This document shows positions 1-10,256 of a stretch of DNA of 64,000 nucleotides, in pieces (positions within the stretch are counted from its first letter, which is position 1; each line of letters opens with the position of its first letter). The stretch is taken from NCBI GenBank assembly GCA_963827655.1, contig CAWHCF010000049.1:32001-96000 (forward strand), in the 5' to 3' direction. Position numbers and translations under genes: made by a program. The stretch is from an uncultured Acidobacteriota bacterium (GTDB lineage Bacteria > Acidobacteriota > UBA6911). The notes beneath the pieces were generated by a model. That model searched no databases, was not told the origin of the DNA, and worked only from the letters and a program-made list of their open reading frames with translations.

Positions 1-1
1 G

Positions 2-1522
2 GCTGCGGATGGTTAACTGCCCTTCGTCGAGGGCGATCATGGCGCGGATGCCGTCCCACTTGACCTCGTACAGGTAGTCGGGAGAGTCGAGCGGTTCTTT
101 CCGGCTCTGCGCCAGCATGGGTTCGATGGGGTCCCGCAACCAATCCACCTGGGGAGTGTCGACTCGTTCCAGGAGCCAGTCCTTGCTTTTTGTGTCGATC
201 AGTCGGTATTCGGCATTGACCTCCCGGCTGCGCAGGCAGAAATAGAAGCCGTCTTTCTTGTCCTTGGTCACTTCATATTTTCCGCGCGCATAGACCCACA
301 TCTTGCCGCCTCCGTATTGCCCCTTCGGAATTTCCCCCTCGAAATTCAAATAAGAGACCGGGTGATCCTCGACCGACACCGCGAGCCGCTTGATCCCCGG
401 GCGAGGCGGAAGCCCCTTGGGGACAGCCCACGATTTCAGCGTGCCGTCGCGCTCGAGCCGCAGGTCGTAGTGAAGTCGCGATGCATGATGCCGGTGAATG
501 ACAAAGGACGTGCCTTGCCCGACATTCAGTTCCGGCGGCGGTTCCGGAGTCTTGGCGAAGCTTCTCTTGCTGGCGTAAGGGGCGAGAGACGCGGGAGTTT
601 CAGAACCGGGCTTTTGGGGTTTAACCGACCTCGTCATCCGGCGCTCGGTGTGGAGCGGGGTCGCATAAGCCCCGATCGTCTCCCAGGCATCCCCATCGCG
701 GAGCACGTGGTCCAGTGCCGTATGGATGTTGAATTCGCGCGGATCGCGGGTCGAGCGCAGCCGTTCCCAGGCGAGCGGCATCGCCACAGAGGCCCCGGCG
801 CGGCCGCGAACGCTGTAAGCCGACACGATGGTCTGCGAGGGACGGTTGCGGTAAATGTCGACGAGCACTTTACCCTTGCGCGCGTCTTTCCTGATCTGGA
901 GCGTGGTCGTACTTCCGTGCGCCTCGACAAAGGGCTTGGCCAGCGCCGATGCGGTTTCGAAAATGCGCTCGAAACCCCATCTGGGCTCAATCGGCGCGAC
1001 TACGTGGACCCCTTTCCCGCCCGTGGTCTTCACGAAGGCATGGTAACCGAAGCCTTCAATGTGGCTTCTCAGTTGGAATGCAATTTCCACGATACGGCCG
1101 AAGTCGTAGTTCTCCGGAGGGTCCAGATCGAAGACTATGTAATCGGGCTTATCGAAATGAGGAGCGCGTCCGTGCATCTGGTGCAGCTCGATACACGCGA
1201 GATTTGCGAGCCAGACGAAGGAGGCCTCTTCCGTCGCCAGGATGTAGTCGATTTTTTCTTCATTCCCCAGCGGAACATACTGGATCCAGTCCGGAGCCCA
1301 GTCGGGCCTGTTCTTTTGAAAGAACGCCTCCCCTGTAACCCCGTCGGGATAACGCACGAACGAAAGCGCCCGGCCTTTAACGTGCTGCAGGATCGTCGGC
1401 GCGATCCTTAGATAGTAGTCGATGAGTTCAGCTTTGCTGATCTTGTCATCGGGGAAGAGAAGTTTGGTCAGGTTCGAGAGTTCGAGCTGTCGATTCTTGA
1501 CCAACGCCACGGTTCGAGCCAT
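2..1522 (-). CDS. ligD: DNA ligase D (NHEJ), polymerase-phosphoesterase-ligase domain order; 3' end runs off the window
   Basis: Manual translation from ATG at 1522 (not in the ORF track because it has no stop in the window): LELSNLTKLLFPDDKISKAELIDYY (Pol domain), FVIHRHHASRLHYDLRLERDGTLKSWAVPKG and EDHP..Y..FEGEIPKGQYGGG (PE domain), EPMLA...YEVKWDGIRA (ligase motif I). Confidence 0.93.
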   Translation of the reverse strand, partial: MARTVALVKNRQLELSNLTKLLFPDDKISKAELIDYYLRIAPTILQHVKGRALSFVRYPDGVTGEAFFQKNRPDWAPDWIQYVPLGNEEKIDYILATEEASFVWLANLACIELHQMHGRAPHFDKPDYIVFDLDPPENYDFGRIVEIAFQLRSHIEGFGYHAFVKTTGGKGVHVVAPIEPRWGFERIFETASALAKPFVEAHGSTTTLQIRKDARKGKVLVDIYRNRPSQTIVSAYSVRGRAGASVAMPLAWERLRSTRDPREFNIHTALDHVLRDGDAWETIGAYATPLHTERRMTRSVKPQKPGSETPASLAPYASKRSFAKTPEPPPELNVGQGTSFVIHRHHASRLHYDLRLERDGTLKSWAVPKGLPPRPGIKRLAVSVEDHPVSYLNFEGEIPKGQYGGGKMWVYARGKYEVTKDKKDGFYFCLRSREVNAEYRLIDTKSKDWLLERVDTPQVDWLRDPIEPMLAQSRKEPLDSPDYLYEVKWDGIRAMIALDEGQLTIRS

Positions 1523-1559
1523 CGACCCATTTTACACCAACGATTCCAGGCGGATCTTA

Positions 1560-1792
1560 GGGCTCGCGCAGAAATAACTTCACATTCTGGCGCGAGAGTC
1601 GGTGGTCAATCATGAACCGGTTTCTGTTAGCTAACCACGCTGAGGATCGCGCCCCTTCGGGCTGCGGCCCGCAGGCCCGCTGGCTTTGTTACTCGCTCCT
1701 CACGTACCGCGCCGGGTACGCATCGTCGCTCGCGCCTCGCCAGCGGGCCTGGGGGCCTGCAGCATAATGCGAACTTATTTCTGCGCGAACCC
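1560..1792. mobile_element. MITE-like non-autonomous element, copy 1 (about 233 bp)
   Basis: Terminal inverted repeats GGGCTCGCGCAGAAATAA / TTATTTCTGCGCGAACCC; TTA (CTTAG context) on both sides; diverged inverted copy at 33334-33579. Confidence 0.8.
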
Positions 1793-1942
1793 TTAGCGGC
1801 TTCGCAGGAGCGCGCAGGGCAAAAGCAGCGCCAAGAAACAATTGCTAAATAAATTGGAAACCGATTCGGGCATTCGACTATAATGTTGGTTCGCAAATTT
1901 AACCTGTTTTAAACAATCACAGAAAACCCTAGCACCCCCACT

Positions 1943-2512
1943 ATGGCCAGAATACGTGAATTGACGCAAAAGGATATTCCTGAAACTGTTCAAATCCTCG
2001 CTGCCAGCGAACCCGTGTTTAAAAAGGGTGAAGGGCGGGAGGATGTGCAAAAACTTCTGCAGTCCGCCATCGGACGAGGCATCATCTACGTCGCCGAGGA
2101 GGAATCCCAAGTCGCTGCGGTAGTGTACTTTATTCCAGAACCGATTTTTGCTCACGGCGGCTACGTTCGCTTCCTGGCGGTCCGCCCGGAGCTGCGCCGC
2201 CGAGGCATCGGCCGCCAGTTGATGGGATTTGTCGAACGGAAGATCTTCAGCCAGTCCTCGAACGCCTACCTGTCCGTTTCAATGTCCAACGAGTCTGCGC
2301 GCAGATTCTGCGAGAAACTGGGATATGAAAAGGTAGGCGAGGTTCCCGATTTACTGGACGACGGCGACAGGGAGTGGATTTTGAGAAAGAAGGCAAAATT
2401 GGACGCGCGCCGCTATCCCCGAAGCAGTCCGCCGCCTGATACAGAACAGGCCAGGACGTCGCCCAAGGTTCCGAGAAGTCACGCTACTTTTCCCAGGCAG
2501 ACCGAAGACTAG
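1943..2512 (+). CDS. GNAT family N-acetyltransferase
   Basis: Motif A LAVRPELRRRGIGRQLM; N..ARRFCEKLGY. Confidence 0.85.
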   Translation: MARIRELTQKDIPETVQILAASEPVFKKGEGREDVQKLLQSAIGRGIIYVAEEESQVAAVVYFIPEPIFAHGGYVRFLAVRPELRRRGIGRQLMGFVERKIFSQSSNAYLSVSMSNESARRFCEKLGYEKVGEVPDLLDDGDREWILRKKAKLDARRYPRSSPPPDTEQARTSPKVPRSHATFPRQTED

Positions 2513-2565
2513 CTGCGGAAAACGACGGAAACCGTTGTTCCGGAGTAATTTAAGCACCTTTTCAC

Positions 2566-2595
2566 TTGACAGCCTCAAAGACTGATGATTAAGAT
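2566..2595 (+). promoter_or_regulatory. Putative sigma70 promoter for the rsbW-rsbV-like pair
   Basis: TTGACA-18 bp-TAAGAT upstream of 2659. Confidence 0.45.
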
Positions 2596-2658
2596 GACCG
2601 CCGGTGTCTCCCCAGGGATTCCTCGTCGACTCGTCGCCGGTCGTGTCGAAGCCATCGA

Positions 2659-3087
2659 ATGAAAACACCAGCCAATAGAATTGAGATGAGTATTGGCAGT
2701 GCGTTAGAGTACCTCGATCTCGTGCAGACCCTTACCGATTGTGTCACCAGTTTCATGGGCTTTGACGAAGACACGGCTCACTGGATCGGCATGTCGGTTC
2801 GAGAATCAGTGACGAATGCAATTCAACACGGAAACAAGCTTGATCAGAGCAAGAAAGTAGATATCAGGTTTGACGTAGCGTCCGACCAGCTGGAAATATC
2901 TGTGAAAGACCAGGGGACGGGGTTCCAGGTGAATGACCTGCCGAACCCCCTCGATCCTGAGAATCTATTGAAGCCCAGCGGCCGAGGAATTTTCTATATC
3001 CGCTCCTTCATGGATGAGGTAGAGTTCCGCCCGCTTTCTCAAGGGGGTATGGAGGTTCACATGGTCAAAAAAGTGGGTTCAAACTAA
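2659..3087 (+). CDS. Anti-sigma factor / Ser kinase, RsbW-like (HATPase_c_2)
   Basis: [32 protein letters not shown]. Confidence 0.9.
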   Translation: MKTPANRIEMSIGSALEYLDLVQTLTDCVTSFMGFDEDTAHWIGMSVRESVTNAIQHGNKLDQSKKVDIRFDVASDQLEISVKDQGTGFQVNDLPNPLDPENLLKPSGRGIFYIRSFMDEVEFRPLSQGGMEVHMVKKVGSN

Positions 3088-3097
3088 GGAGAGAAAA

Positions 3098-3434
3098 ATG
3101 AAGATTGAAAATCGCACGGTAGGCGACGTTCACATTCTGGATTGTAGCGGAAAGATCATGCTGGGCGAAGGAACGATGGCGGTTCGAAACAGCGTTCGCG
3201 AGCTGCTGAAGAATGGCGGCAAGAAGATCATCTTGAACCTGGGCGACGTGAACTATATCGACAGCTCGGGTATCGGGGAACTGGTGAGCAGCTTCACGAC
3301 GGTAACAAATCAAGGCGGGCAGTTGAAGCTTCTCCATCTGACGAAGAAGATTCAGGAGCTTCTGGCCATTACCAAACTTCTGACGGTATTCTCGGTCTAC
3401 GACAGACGAAAAAGCCGCGCTTGCGAGTTTTTAG
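3098..3434 (+). CDS. Anti-sigma factor antagonist (STAS), RsbV-like; +1 frameshift near 3404
   Basis: [11 protein letters not shown] phosphosite motif; removing one A near 3404 gives the normal ending [15 protein letters not shown] (3434); AGGAG RBS. Confidence 0.88.
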
Positions 3435-4786
3435 CGGAAGAGCCGCTCGAAATCGACAATCTTGGACAGATCGTTGAAGACCACGAAACCCATCAGGAGA
3501 ATCAGAAAAACAAAGCCAACCTGAACCAGTTTCTCTTTAAACGCAAGGCTGAGTTCGCGCCTGAGGAGGCCCTCAACGACAAGCAGGGCTATAACCCCAC
3601 CGTCGAGAATCGGGATGGGAAGGAGATTGAATACGCCCAGGTTAAGGCTGATCAGCCCCAGGAAGCTGAAGAAGAACTGCGGATCGCCGGTGCGCGCCGC
3701 GCTCCCCGAGAGTCGTGCTATCTCGAGGGGTCCCGAGATAGTTCGAACCGACGCTGATCCCGTGAATATTCGCCCTATGATCTTGAAGGTAAGGATCGCC
3801 ACCTCGTAGTTGCGCCTGGCCGATCGCACGAGGGCCTGTCCCAATCCGTACTTTTCAAAATCCACCGGAACCTCCGGGAAGAACCCGATCGAAACCCGTC
3901 CGTTTGACTCCGTGGGTGTAATGGTGAGCTGGAGAATTTCCTGCGGTTTTGGGTCCGAGACGTTGGCCGATCCGGATCGCCGAACCTCGAAGGTCAGCGG
4001 AATGCCTTTACTCTCGGTGATTATGTTGAGCACCTCGTCGTAGGTCCGGCCGCTCCTCCCGGGTCCCTGAACCGAGAGGATTTCGTCCCGGTCCTTGAGG
4101 CCGGCTTTATCGGCCGGTGATTTTGGCTCCACTCTGTCGACACGGATCTGTGGAATTCGAAACCTGAACCCGAGCGACTCCGGGTCCACGGTTTGGACCG
4201 GCGGAGAATCAAGGCGGAGACGCACCCTCTCTCTGTTTCGTTCGACCTCCAGGTCGATCGGGCCTTTCGGCGCGGTTCCCAGCGCTATTTCCATTTCTTC
4301 CCACGTGCGGACCGGATTGCCGCCGACCGTGACGATAAAGTCGCCTGATTTCAGGCCGCCTCGACGCGCGATTGAATTCTCGGCCACAGGGCCCACGACC
4401 GGCGGCTCCTTGACGTGCCGCGGCACTGGCACCCCTTCCATGTAGCTGAATGTGAGGATCGCCACGGCCAGCGCGATATTCATGAAAGGTCCCGCAAGCG
4501 CCACCAGCAAGCGGTGCCACTTGGGATGAGATAAAAACTCGTCCGGCTGGTTCTGCCGGTCCTCATCAAACGTCTCCCCCGCCATCTTTACGTACCCGCC
4601 CAGGGGCAAAGCGCAAACCCGGTAATCAGTACCCCCTCTGGTGAATCCGAAGAGACGCGGGCCGAACCCCAGCGAGAAAACCAGGACCCTGATCTTGAAG
4701 AGCTTGGCCACGGCGAAGTGGCCAAACTCGTGAATTGTGATACATACGCCGAGTACGACTATGAATGCCAGAAGGGTAAAAAGCAT
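3431..4786 (-). CDS. rseP: RIP metalloprotease RseP with PDZ domains
   Basis: [31 protein letters not shown]; follows dxr; start taken at MLFTLLAF. Confidence 0.95.
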   Translation of the reverse strand: MLFTLLAFIVVLGVCITIHEFGHFAVAKLFKIRVLVFSLGFGPRLFGFTRGGTDYRVCALPLGGYVKMAGETFDEDRQNQPDEFLSHPKWHRLLVALAGPFMNIALAVAILTFSYMEGVPVPRHVKEPPVVGPVAENSIARRGGLKSGDFIVTVGGNPVRTWEEMEIALGTAPKGPIDLEVERNRERVRLRLDSPPVQTVDPESLGFRFRIPQIRVDRVEPKSPADKAGLKDRDEILSVQGPGRSGRTYDEVLNIITESKGIPLTFEVRRSGSANVSDPKPQEILQLTITPTESNGRVSIGFFPEVPVDFEKYGLGQALVRSARRNYEVAILTFKIIGRIFTGSASVRTISGPLEIARLSGSAARTGDPQFFFSFLGLISLNLGVFNLLPIPILDGGVIALLVVEGLLRRELSLAFKEKLVQVGFVFLILLMGFVVFNDLSKIVDFERLFR

Positions 4787-4817
4787 GACCGAAGCTTCCT
4801 CTGAGAGCCCCTCGCAA

Positions 4818-6020
4818 CTATACGGAGAGGGACGATTGATCAAGGCTCGATTCGCAGCGAGGGGTGAACTTACCCGCCTCCTCGCGCGCCCAGGAGTCGG
4901 CTGCGAGCACCGACTCCAGCGTGGAAGCCTCCTCGGGAGAGTGGGCATCCAAGACCGACTCGATTATTTTGGGGATCTGGTGAAAGGCGACGCCGTCGTT
5001 CAAGAATGAGTCTACGGCAACCTCGTTTGCCGCATTCAGCACGGCCGGCGCGGTTCCGCCCGATCGCAAGGCTCGATACGCAAGGCTCAGACAATGAAAC
5101 TTTTCCCGATCGGGTTCGTAGAACTCCAGTTTCGACATCTGGCGCAGATCGAGCGAAGGCAACGAGCAAGCCCAACGGTCGGGATAGGTCAGCGCATATT
5201 GAATCGCAATGCGCATATCGGTCAAACCGAGCTGAGCCAGGACCGAGCCATCGACGAACTCCACCATGGAGTGGACGATACTCTGCGGGTGTATGGCAAC
5301 GTCGACCTCATCCGGCGAAACCCCGAACAAGAAACCGGCTTCGATCACTTCGAGACCTTTGTTCATCAGAGTCGCCGAATCGATCGTAATCTTCTTTCCC
5401 ATGCGCCACGTGGGATGATTCAACGCTTCGGCCCGAGTCACCGTCGACAACTTCTCCTTGGGTGTTTCGCGAAAGGGGCCTCCGGAAGCCGTTAAAATAA
5501 GGCGGCGCACTTCCTTTCGCCGTCCTCCCCGCAAGCACTGATGGATCGCGCTGTGCTCGCTATCGACGGGGAGAATCTCCGCCCCCTTTTCACGCGCCTT
5601 TCGCATCATGAGCTCGCCCGCCATCACAAGCGTTTCTTTATTGGCCAGGGCAATGTCCTTCCCGGCTTCCAGCGCCCGATAGGTGGGGATTAGCCCGGCA
5701 GCGCCCGTGATGGCCGCAATTACGAGGCCGGCTTCAGGGTGACAGGAAACCTCCGTGTGCCCATCGATTCCATGGACAAAGCGAGTCCGCGACAGACAGT
5801 AGCCGCGATCGCCAAGCACCGACTGCAGCTCACGGCACGCGGCCTCGGTCCCGCTAGAGACGATTTCCGGCTGGACCCGTTCGACCTGGGCCGCCAGGAG
5901 GGCGACGTTTTTACCTCCCGCCAGGCCCACGACTCGAAAAGCATCCTGAAAGCTGGAGATGACCGAAAGGGAACTGGTCCCGATAGATCCTGTCGATCCC
6001 AGAAGGGAAATAACTTTCAT
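4818..6020 (-). CDS. dxr: 1-deoxy-D-xylulose-5-phosphate reductoisomerase
   Basis: LGSTGSIG, LANKETLV, PVDSEHSAI, LTASGGPF, HPTWRMGKKITIDSATLMNKGLEVIEA. Confidence 0.98.
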   Translation of the reverse strand: MKVISLLGSTGSIGTSSLSVISSFQDAFRVVGLAGGKNVALLAAQVERVQPEIVSSGTEAACRELQSVLGDRGYCLSRTRFVHGIDGHTEVSCHPEAGLVIAAITGAAGLIPTYRALEAGKDIALANKETLVMAGELMMRKAREKGAEILPVDSEHSAIHQCLRGGRRKEVRRLILTASGGPFRETPKEKLSTVTRAEALNHPTWRMGKKITIDSATLMNKGLEVIEAGFLFGVSPDEVDVAIHPQSIVHSMVEFVDGSVLAQLGLTDMRIAIQYALTYPDRWACSLPSLDLRQMSKLEFYEPDREKFHCLSLAYRALRSGGTAPAVLNAANEVAVDSFLNDGVAFHQIPKIIESVLDAHSPEEASTLESVLAADSWAREEAGKFTPRCESSLDQSSLSV

Positions 6021-6084
6021 CGCAAGTCCTACCATCGACGCTAGAAAGAGCATTCTATCGGATCCTATGTCACGGCGCCATACA

Positions 6085-6200
6085 CGATTGACGATTTACG
6101 ATTTACGATTGACGATTGGATGATCTGGCAACTGACGAGAGGACGCGGGTTCAATCGTCAATCGTCAATCGTCAATCGTAAATCGTCAATCGTCAATCGT
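6085..6200. repeat. Inverted pair of heptamer arrays (CGATTGA/CGATTTA)n ... (TCAATCG)n
   Basis: Direct reading; the same family occurs at 19066, 51083 and 59339. Confidence 0.9.
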
Positions 6201-6996
6201 AGAGTCGGAGGAGATAAATGTAGAGTACGGGAATGGCAAAAAGAAGGCTGTCGATGCGGTCCAGCATTCCACCGTGACCGGGTAACAGGCTGGAGCTGTC
6301 CTTGACGTCGGCTGCCCGTTTGAGCAGGGATTCCCCGAGATCGCCGAGCTGCCCTACCATTCCCAGCAGCAGCGAGAGCATGATCACGTGATACAGGGGT
6401 AGTTCCATAAAGAAGAAGCGTTGCAACAAGACCGCTGCGGCCAATCCTGAGAGAAGGCCCGCGACAGCGCCCTCGTTAGTCTTTTTCGGACTGAGGCCGG
6501 GAGCAAACAGCGTTCGGCCGAAACTTCTCCCGGCCAGTAAAGCCGACGTGTCTCCCACCCAGATGACCGCGAGTAGAAGCAAGATCCAATGAAGACCTGT
6601 TTTCTCTCCGAAATCGTATCGTAAAGGCATGACCGGATAAAGGCACAGGGCCAGGTAGAGGACGCCGAAGAGGTTCGCCATCATGCCAATTACGCGTTCC
6701 CTCATCGGATCCCGGCGCCACATCGCTGTGATGAAACACGCCAGCACGACGGCGGCGAGAATCGCGGCGGCCGAAAGGTACCTCTCCTGCAATCCCACCA
6801 GGATGGACCAAAAAGCCACAAAGCCAAACCAGGGTTGCCCTCGTAGTCCGATCTTGTCGATCAGGTGGAAGTATTCACGCAGGGAAAGCGTGCCGACTAT
6901 TCCGATGGTGATCAGGAGAACGCGGGGCGGAGCAAAAAACAGCAGAGCGAGAACGCCGGGAATCAGGACCAGAGCTGATGCGATCCGTACCAGCAT
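6193..6996 (-). CDS. cdsA: Phosphatidate cytidylyltransferase
   Basis: SPKKTNEG, GDLGESLLKR..DVKDSSSLLPGHGGMLDRIDS; uppS-cdsA-dxr-rseP synteny. Confidence 0.96.
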   Translation of the reverse strand: MLVRIASALVLIPGVLALLFFAPPRVLLITIGIVGTLSLREYFHLIDKIGLRGQPWFGFVAFWSILVGLQERYLSAAAILAAVVLACFITAMWRRDPMRERVIGMMANLFGVLYLALCLYPVMPLRYDFGEKTGLHWILLLLAVIWVGDTSALLAGRSFGRTLFAPGLSPKKTNEGAVAGLLSGLAAAVLLQRFFFMELPLYHVIMLSLLLGMVGQLGDLGESLLKRAADVKDSSSLLPGHGGMLDRIDSLLFAIPVLYIYLLRLYD

Positions 6997-7141
6997 GAGC
7001 GATCCCTTCGCGTGCGCCGTATCAGGCACCGCAGCGTCCAGCCATTTATCGGCGAAGGATTTGAGGTTTCACCGGGCCCTGATCCGATCACGGATCGCGC
7101 GCGGTCTACCGAGCGTAAGGCGGACATTCCGCGCAAGGGAC

Positions 7142-7906
7142 CTAGATGCCGCCGTAACGCCGCTCTCGTTTCTGATACTCTACGATAGCCTCGAACAGGT
7201 GCCGGCGGCGAAAATCGGGCCAGTAGGTCTGGGTTATGTAGATTTCAGAATAAGCGATTTGCCAGAGGAGAAAGTTACTTATGCGCATCTCGCCGCTGGT
7301 GCGAATCAGAAGGTCGGGATCCGCGATTCCCGATGTATAGAGAAAGCGCGAGACGTCTTCTTCGCGGATCGGCGTTCGATGGCCGTTGTGGCCCAGGGCG
7401 TCGTAAATCTTGTTAAAGGTATCAACCAGTTCCGCGCGTCCGCCGTAGTTCAACGCAACATTGAGCACCATGCCCGTGTTCAGGCTGGTTTTTTGAATTG
7501 CCCGGTCAAGCTCGCGGCGAACCGATGCGTCCAGTTCCTGAGTTCGGCCGATGGTCTGAAATCGAATATTGTTCTTGTGAATATTCTTGAGCTCGCGTCT
7601 CACGTACTCTTTAAGCAGACGCATGAGCGTGCGCACTTCGGACTGGGGCCGTTTCCAGTTTTCCACTGAAAACGCGAAAAGGGTGAGGACACCCAGGCCC
7701 AGGTGCGCCGATGTCTCCACGATCTCGCGCACGGATCCGATGCCGGCCCGATGGCCCGCGACCCGAGGCAAGTTGCGCTCGCCGGCCCAACGGCCGTTGC
7801 CATCCATGATAACGGCGATGTGTTTGGGAAGTCGGGTGAGATCGATTGTTTTCAGCAGGCTGGCTTCGAGAGATCCCTTCCTTGCCAGGCCTTCCAAGTC
7901 AGCCAT
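7142..7906 (-). CDS. uppS: Undecaprenyl diphosphate synthase
   Basis: PKHIAVIMDGNGRWA, FSVENWKRP, NYGGRAE, DLLIRTSGEMRISNFLLWQ. Confidence 0.97.
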   Translation of the reverse strand: MADLEGLARKGSLEASLLKTIDLTRLPKHIAVIMDGNGRWAGERNLPRVAGHRAGIGSVREIVETSAHLGLGVLTLFAFSVENWKRPQSEVRTLMRLLKEYVRRELKNIHKNNIRFQTIGRTQELDASVRRELDRAIQKTSLNTGMVLNVALNYGGRAELVDTFNKIYDALGHNGHRTPIREEDVSRFLYTSGIADPDLLIRTSGEMRISNFLLWQIAYSEIYITQTYWPDFRRRHLFEAIVEYQKRERRYGGI

Positions 7907-7977
7907 ATATAGAAAGCCTTTCCCGCTCGCGAAAAAGGCAAATGTAGCACATCCAAGGCGCAGAGGCGGCAAGGATT

Positions 7978-8056
7978 CTTGGTGTTTCTTCCTGTTCTTT
8001 GAGTCTTAGTGGTATTTGTTCAACAGCTCTAACCACGAAGACACGAAGACGCTAAG
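7978..8056. repeat. Composite palindromic ACACGAAG-type octamer repeat unit
   Basis: Reverse arm CTTGGTGTTTCTTC..TTTGAGTCTTAGTGGTATTTGTT plus forward arm AACCACGAAGACACGAAGACGCTAAG. Confidence 0.85.
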
Positions 8057-8831
8057 GCGATCTGTACCGCACTCTCAGCAGGACTAGCCCATGGGCCGGA
8101 ACGGTGAATCCGGCAGTTCCGCGATTCTTTCCCTCCAGCAGTCCGTGCACTTGCTCTAACGTTCTACGACCGCGTCCGACCTCCAATAGTGTACCGACCA
8201 GGCGCCGCACCATATGGTGAAGAAATCCGTCGGCTTCGACGGTGAAAAACATCAAACTCCTTTGAGCGCTCAGTTCAGCCTTGAATACGTGCCGCACCGT
8301 GTCCTCGGCGCCTCTGGATGCCGGTTGGGCATCGATCAAGCGTTTGGCCTTGCCGAAGCTGGCGAAATCGTGCGTGCCCTCAAAAATCTTTGCAGCACGA
8401 GTCATGCTTTGCAGGTTGACAGGATAGGGATAGTGGAAATGCTCGCGAGCGAGGTGCGGAGGCATGACCGGGCCGCGATAGATTTGATAACGGTATATCT
8501 TGGAGCGGGCAGAATGCTGAGCATGAAAACTGAGTGGAACCTCACGGACCGACAGGACTCGTATATCGGTGGGCAGGACACTATTCAAAGCCTTCGCCAG
8601 ACTGGACGTCGGTATCCTCGAGGATGTGACGAAATTCGCAACCAGCGCCCGGGCATGAGTTCCCGCGTCGGTGCGGCCGCTGCCTACCGGATTGACTCTC
8701 TCGCCGGTGATGGTTTGAATCGCATTCCGCACGATCCCCTGGATGCTGACGTGATTCTTTTGGATCTGCCAGCCATGGTAAGCGGAGCCGTCAAAGGCGA
8801 GCGTCAAACGAATGTTTCTGGCGGGTTTCAT
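8052..8831 (-). CDS. truA: tRNA pseudouridine(38-40) synthase
   Basis: FDGSAYHGWQ, GSGRTDAGTHA, GTHDFASF, FLHHMVR. Confidence 0.96.
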   Translation of the reverse strand: MKPARNIRLTLAFDGSAYHGWQIQKNHVSIQGIVRNAIQTITGERVNPVGSGRTDAGTHARALVANFVTSSRIPTSSLAKALNSVLPTDIRVLSVREVPLSFHAQHSARSKIYRYQIYRGPVMPPHLAREHFHYPYPVNLQSMTRAAKIFEGTHDFASFGKAKRLIDAQPASRGAEDTVRHVFKAELSAQRSLMFFTVEADGFLHHMVRRLVGTLLEVGRGRRTLEQVHGLLEGKNRGTAGFTVPAHGLVLLRVRYRSP

Positions 8832-9400
8832 CGACTACCGGGCTTGATTGCTATACTCCCGGCCTGACACAGCGGGCAGCTATCGGCGGGAAAGACCGGA
8901 ACCTCCAGTACCGCGAGCGCCCTCGAGGGCACTCCCGTCATGGCCTTGCCTCCGCTGCGATCGATCAGAGCCCCGGTGGCCAGCACGATCCCTCCCGCTC
9001 GATTCACAACTTGCATCGTTTCTCGGGTGGACCCGCCTGTCGTCACCACATCCTCGACCACAAAACAACGTTCCCCCGGTTGGACCTGAAACCCGCGCCG
9101 GAGCATGAGGGTCCCTCCCTCACGCTCGGCGAAGAGCGCCCTGATCCGCAGGGCCCGAGCGACTTCATGAGCCACGACGACTCCGCCGAGAGCCGGCGCA
9201 ACGACCAGGTCAGGAGGAGGGGCCAATTCCAGCAGCTCCGCGGCTAACGCGCTGCCTAGTGCTGCAGCCTGGTCGGGGTATTGGAGCACGAGCGCGCACT
9301 GAAGATAGCGATCGCTGTGAAGACCGGAGGATAGTCGGAAATGACCTTCCAGCAGCGCGCCGGCCTGCTTGAAAATCTCGAGGACCTGCTTCTGATTCAA
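8828..9400 (-). CDS. pyrE: Orotate phosphoribosyltransferase
   Basis: GHFRLSSGLHS, VVEDVVTTGGS, C-terminal CPLC...KPGSR. Confidence 0.95.
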   Translation of the reverse strand: MNQKQVLEIFKQAGALLEGHFRLSSGLHSDRYLQCALVLQYPDQAAALGSALAAELLELAPPPDLVVAPALGGVVVAHEVARALRIRALFAEREGGTLMLRRGFQVQPGERCFVVEDVVTTGGSTRETMQVVNRAGGIVLATGALIDRSGGKAMTGVPSRALAVLEVPVFPADSCPLCQAGSIAIKPGSR

Positions 9401-9509
9401 GTTGAGTTGACCTCGAAAACGAACCGTCCGACGCGGAGAAGCAAGGACCGTTGTCTAGCCCCGCATTCGGATGCTACAATAAGGGGCTTTTTCCCGATAG
9501 GAGTATCTT

Positions 9510-10256
9510 ATGTCAGGCCATTCAAAGTGGCATTCAATCAAGCACAAGAAGGCCGCAACCGATGCCAAGCGCGGGCGAATTTTCACCCGCCTGATCAAGG
9601 AAATGACCGTTGCCGCCCGGAGTGGAGGCGGCGACCTCGACTCCAACCCGAGACTGCGCCTCGCGGTGAATACCGCCAAAGCGAACAACATGCCGGCCGA
9701 TAACATCAAGCGCGCGATCATGCGCGGCACCGGCGAACTCCCTGGCGTTACCTATGAAGAGACGCAATACGAAGGATATGGTCCGGGAGGGGTGGCGCTT
9801 TTCATGCGGGTGTTGACCGACAACCGCAACCGGACCGTAGCCGAGATCCGCCACATCCTGTCCAAGCATAGCGGGAACCTGGGAGAAAGCGGCTGCGTGT
9901 CCTGGATGTTCGAGAAGAAGGGCTACTTCGTGGTTGACAAAGCGGCTGCCGACGAAGACAAACTGCTGGAAATTGTTCTCAGCGCGGGCGCAGAGGACAT
10001 GCAGGAGGACGAAGATAATTTTGAGATCTTCTCATCGCCCGAGGCTTTCGATGGAGTGAAATCGGCGCTCGAATCAGCCGGCATTGCGACCGCGGCCGCG
10101 GAGATCTCAATGGTTCCGCAGAATTATGTGAAGCTGGAAGGCAAGGACGCTCAGACCATGCTCAAGCTCATGGAAACGCTCGAAGACCAGGAAGACGTCC
10201 AGAACGTCTGGGCCAACTTCGATATAGGTGCGGCGGAGTTCAAGGAAGCTTCCTGA
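9510..10256 (+). CDS. yebC: YebC/PmpR family protein
   Basis: [28 protein letters not shown]. Confidence 0.96.
   Translation: MSGHSKWHSIKHKKAATDAKRGRIFTRLIKEMTVAARSGGGDLDSNPRLRLAVNTAKANNMPADNIKRAIMRGTGELPGVTYEETQYEGYGPGGVALFMRVLTDNRNRTVAEIRHILSKHSGNLGESGCVSWMFEKKGYFVVDKAAADEDKLLEIVLSAGAEDMQEDEDNFEIFSSPEAFDGVKSALESAGIATAAAEISMVPQNYVKLEGKDAQTMLKLMETLEDQEDVQNVWANFDIGAAEFKEAS

Noticed and set aside
317-1411. 364-aa plus-strand ORF
   Set aside because: Antisense shadow of ligD, whose motifs are clear on the minus strand.
1627-1896. Small ORFs within the MITE copies (also 33331-33603 and 33386-33622)
   Set aside because: The reading frames are not conserved between the two copies.
3435-3757. Apparent 110-aa C-terminal extension of the STAS protein
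   Set aside because: Created by one extra base near 3404; it overlaps rseP antisense.
6085-6200. Repeat arrays as possible CRISPR
   Set aside because: Units are 7-8 nt in tandem with no repeat-spacer periodicity, and there are no cas genes.
7000-7141. Possible tRNA or ncRNA in the uppS-cdsA gap
   Set aside because: No cloverleaf, T-loop consensus or convincing stem pattern.
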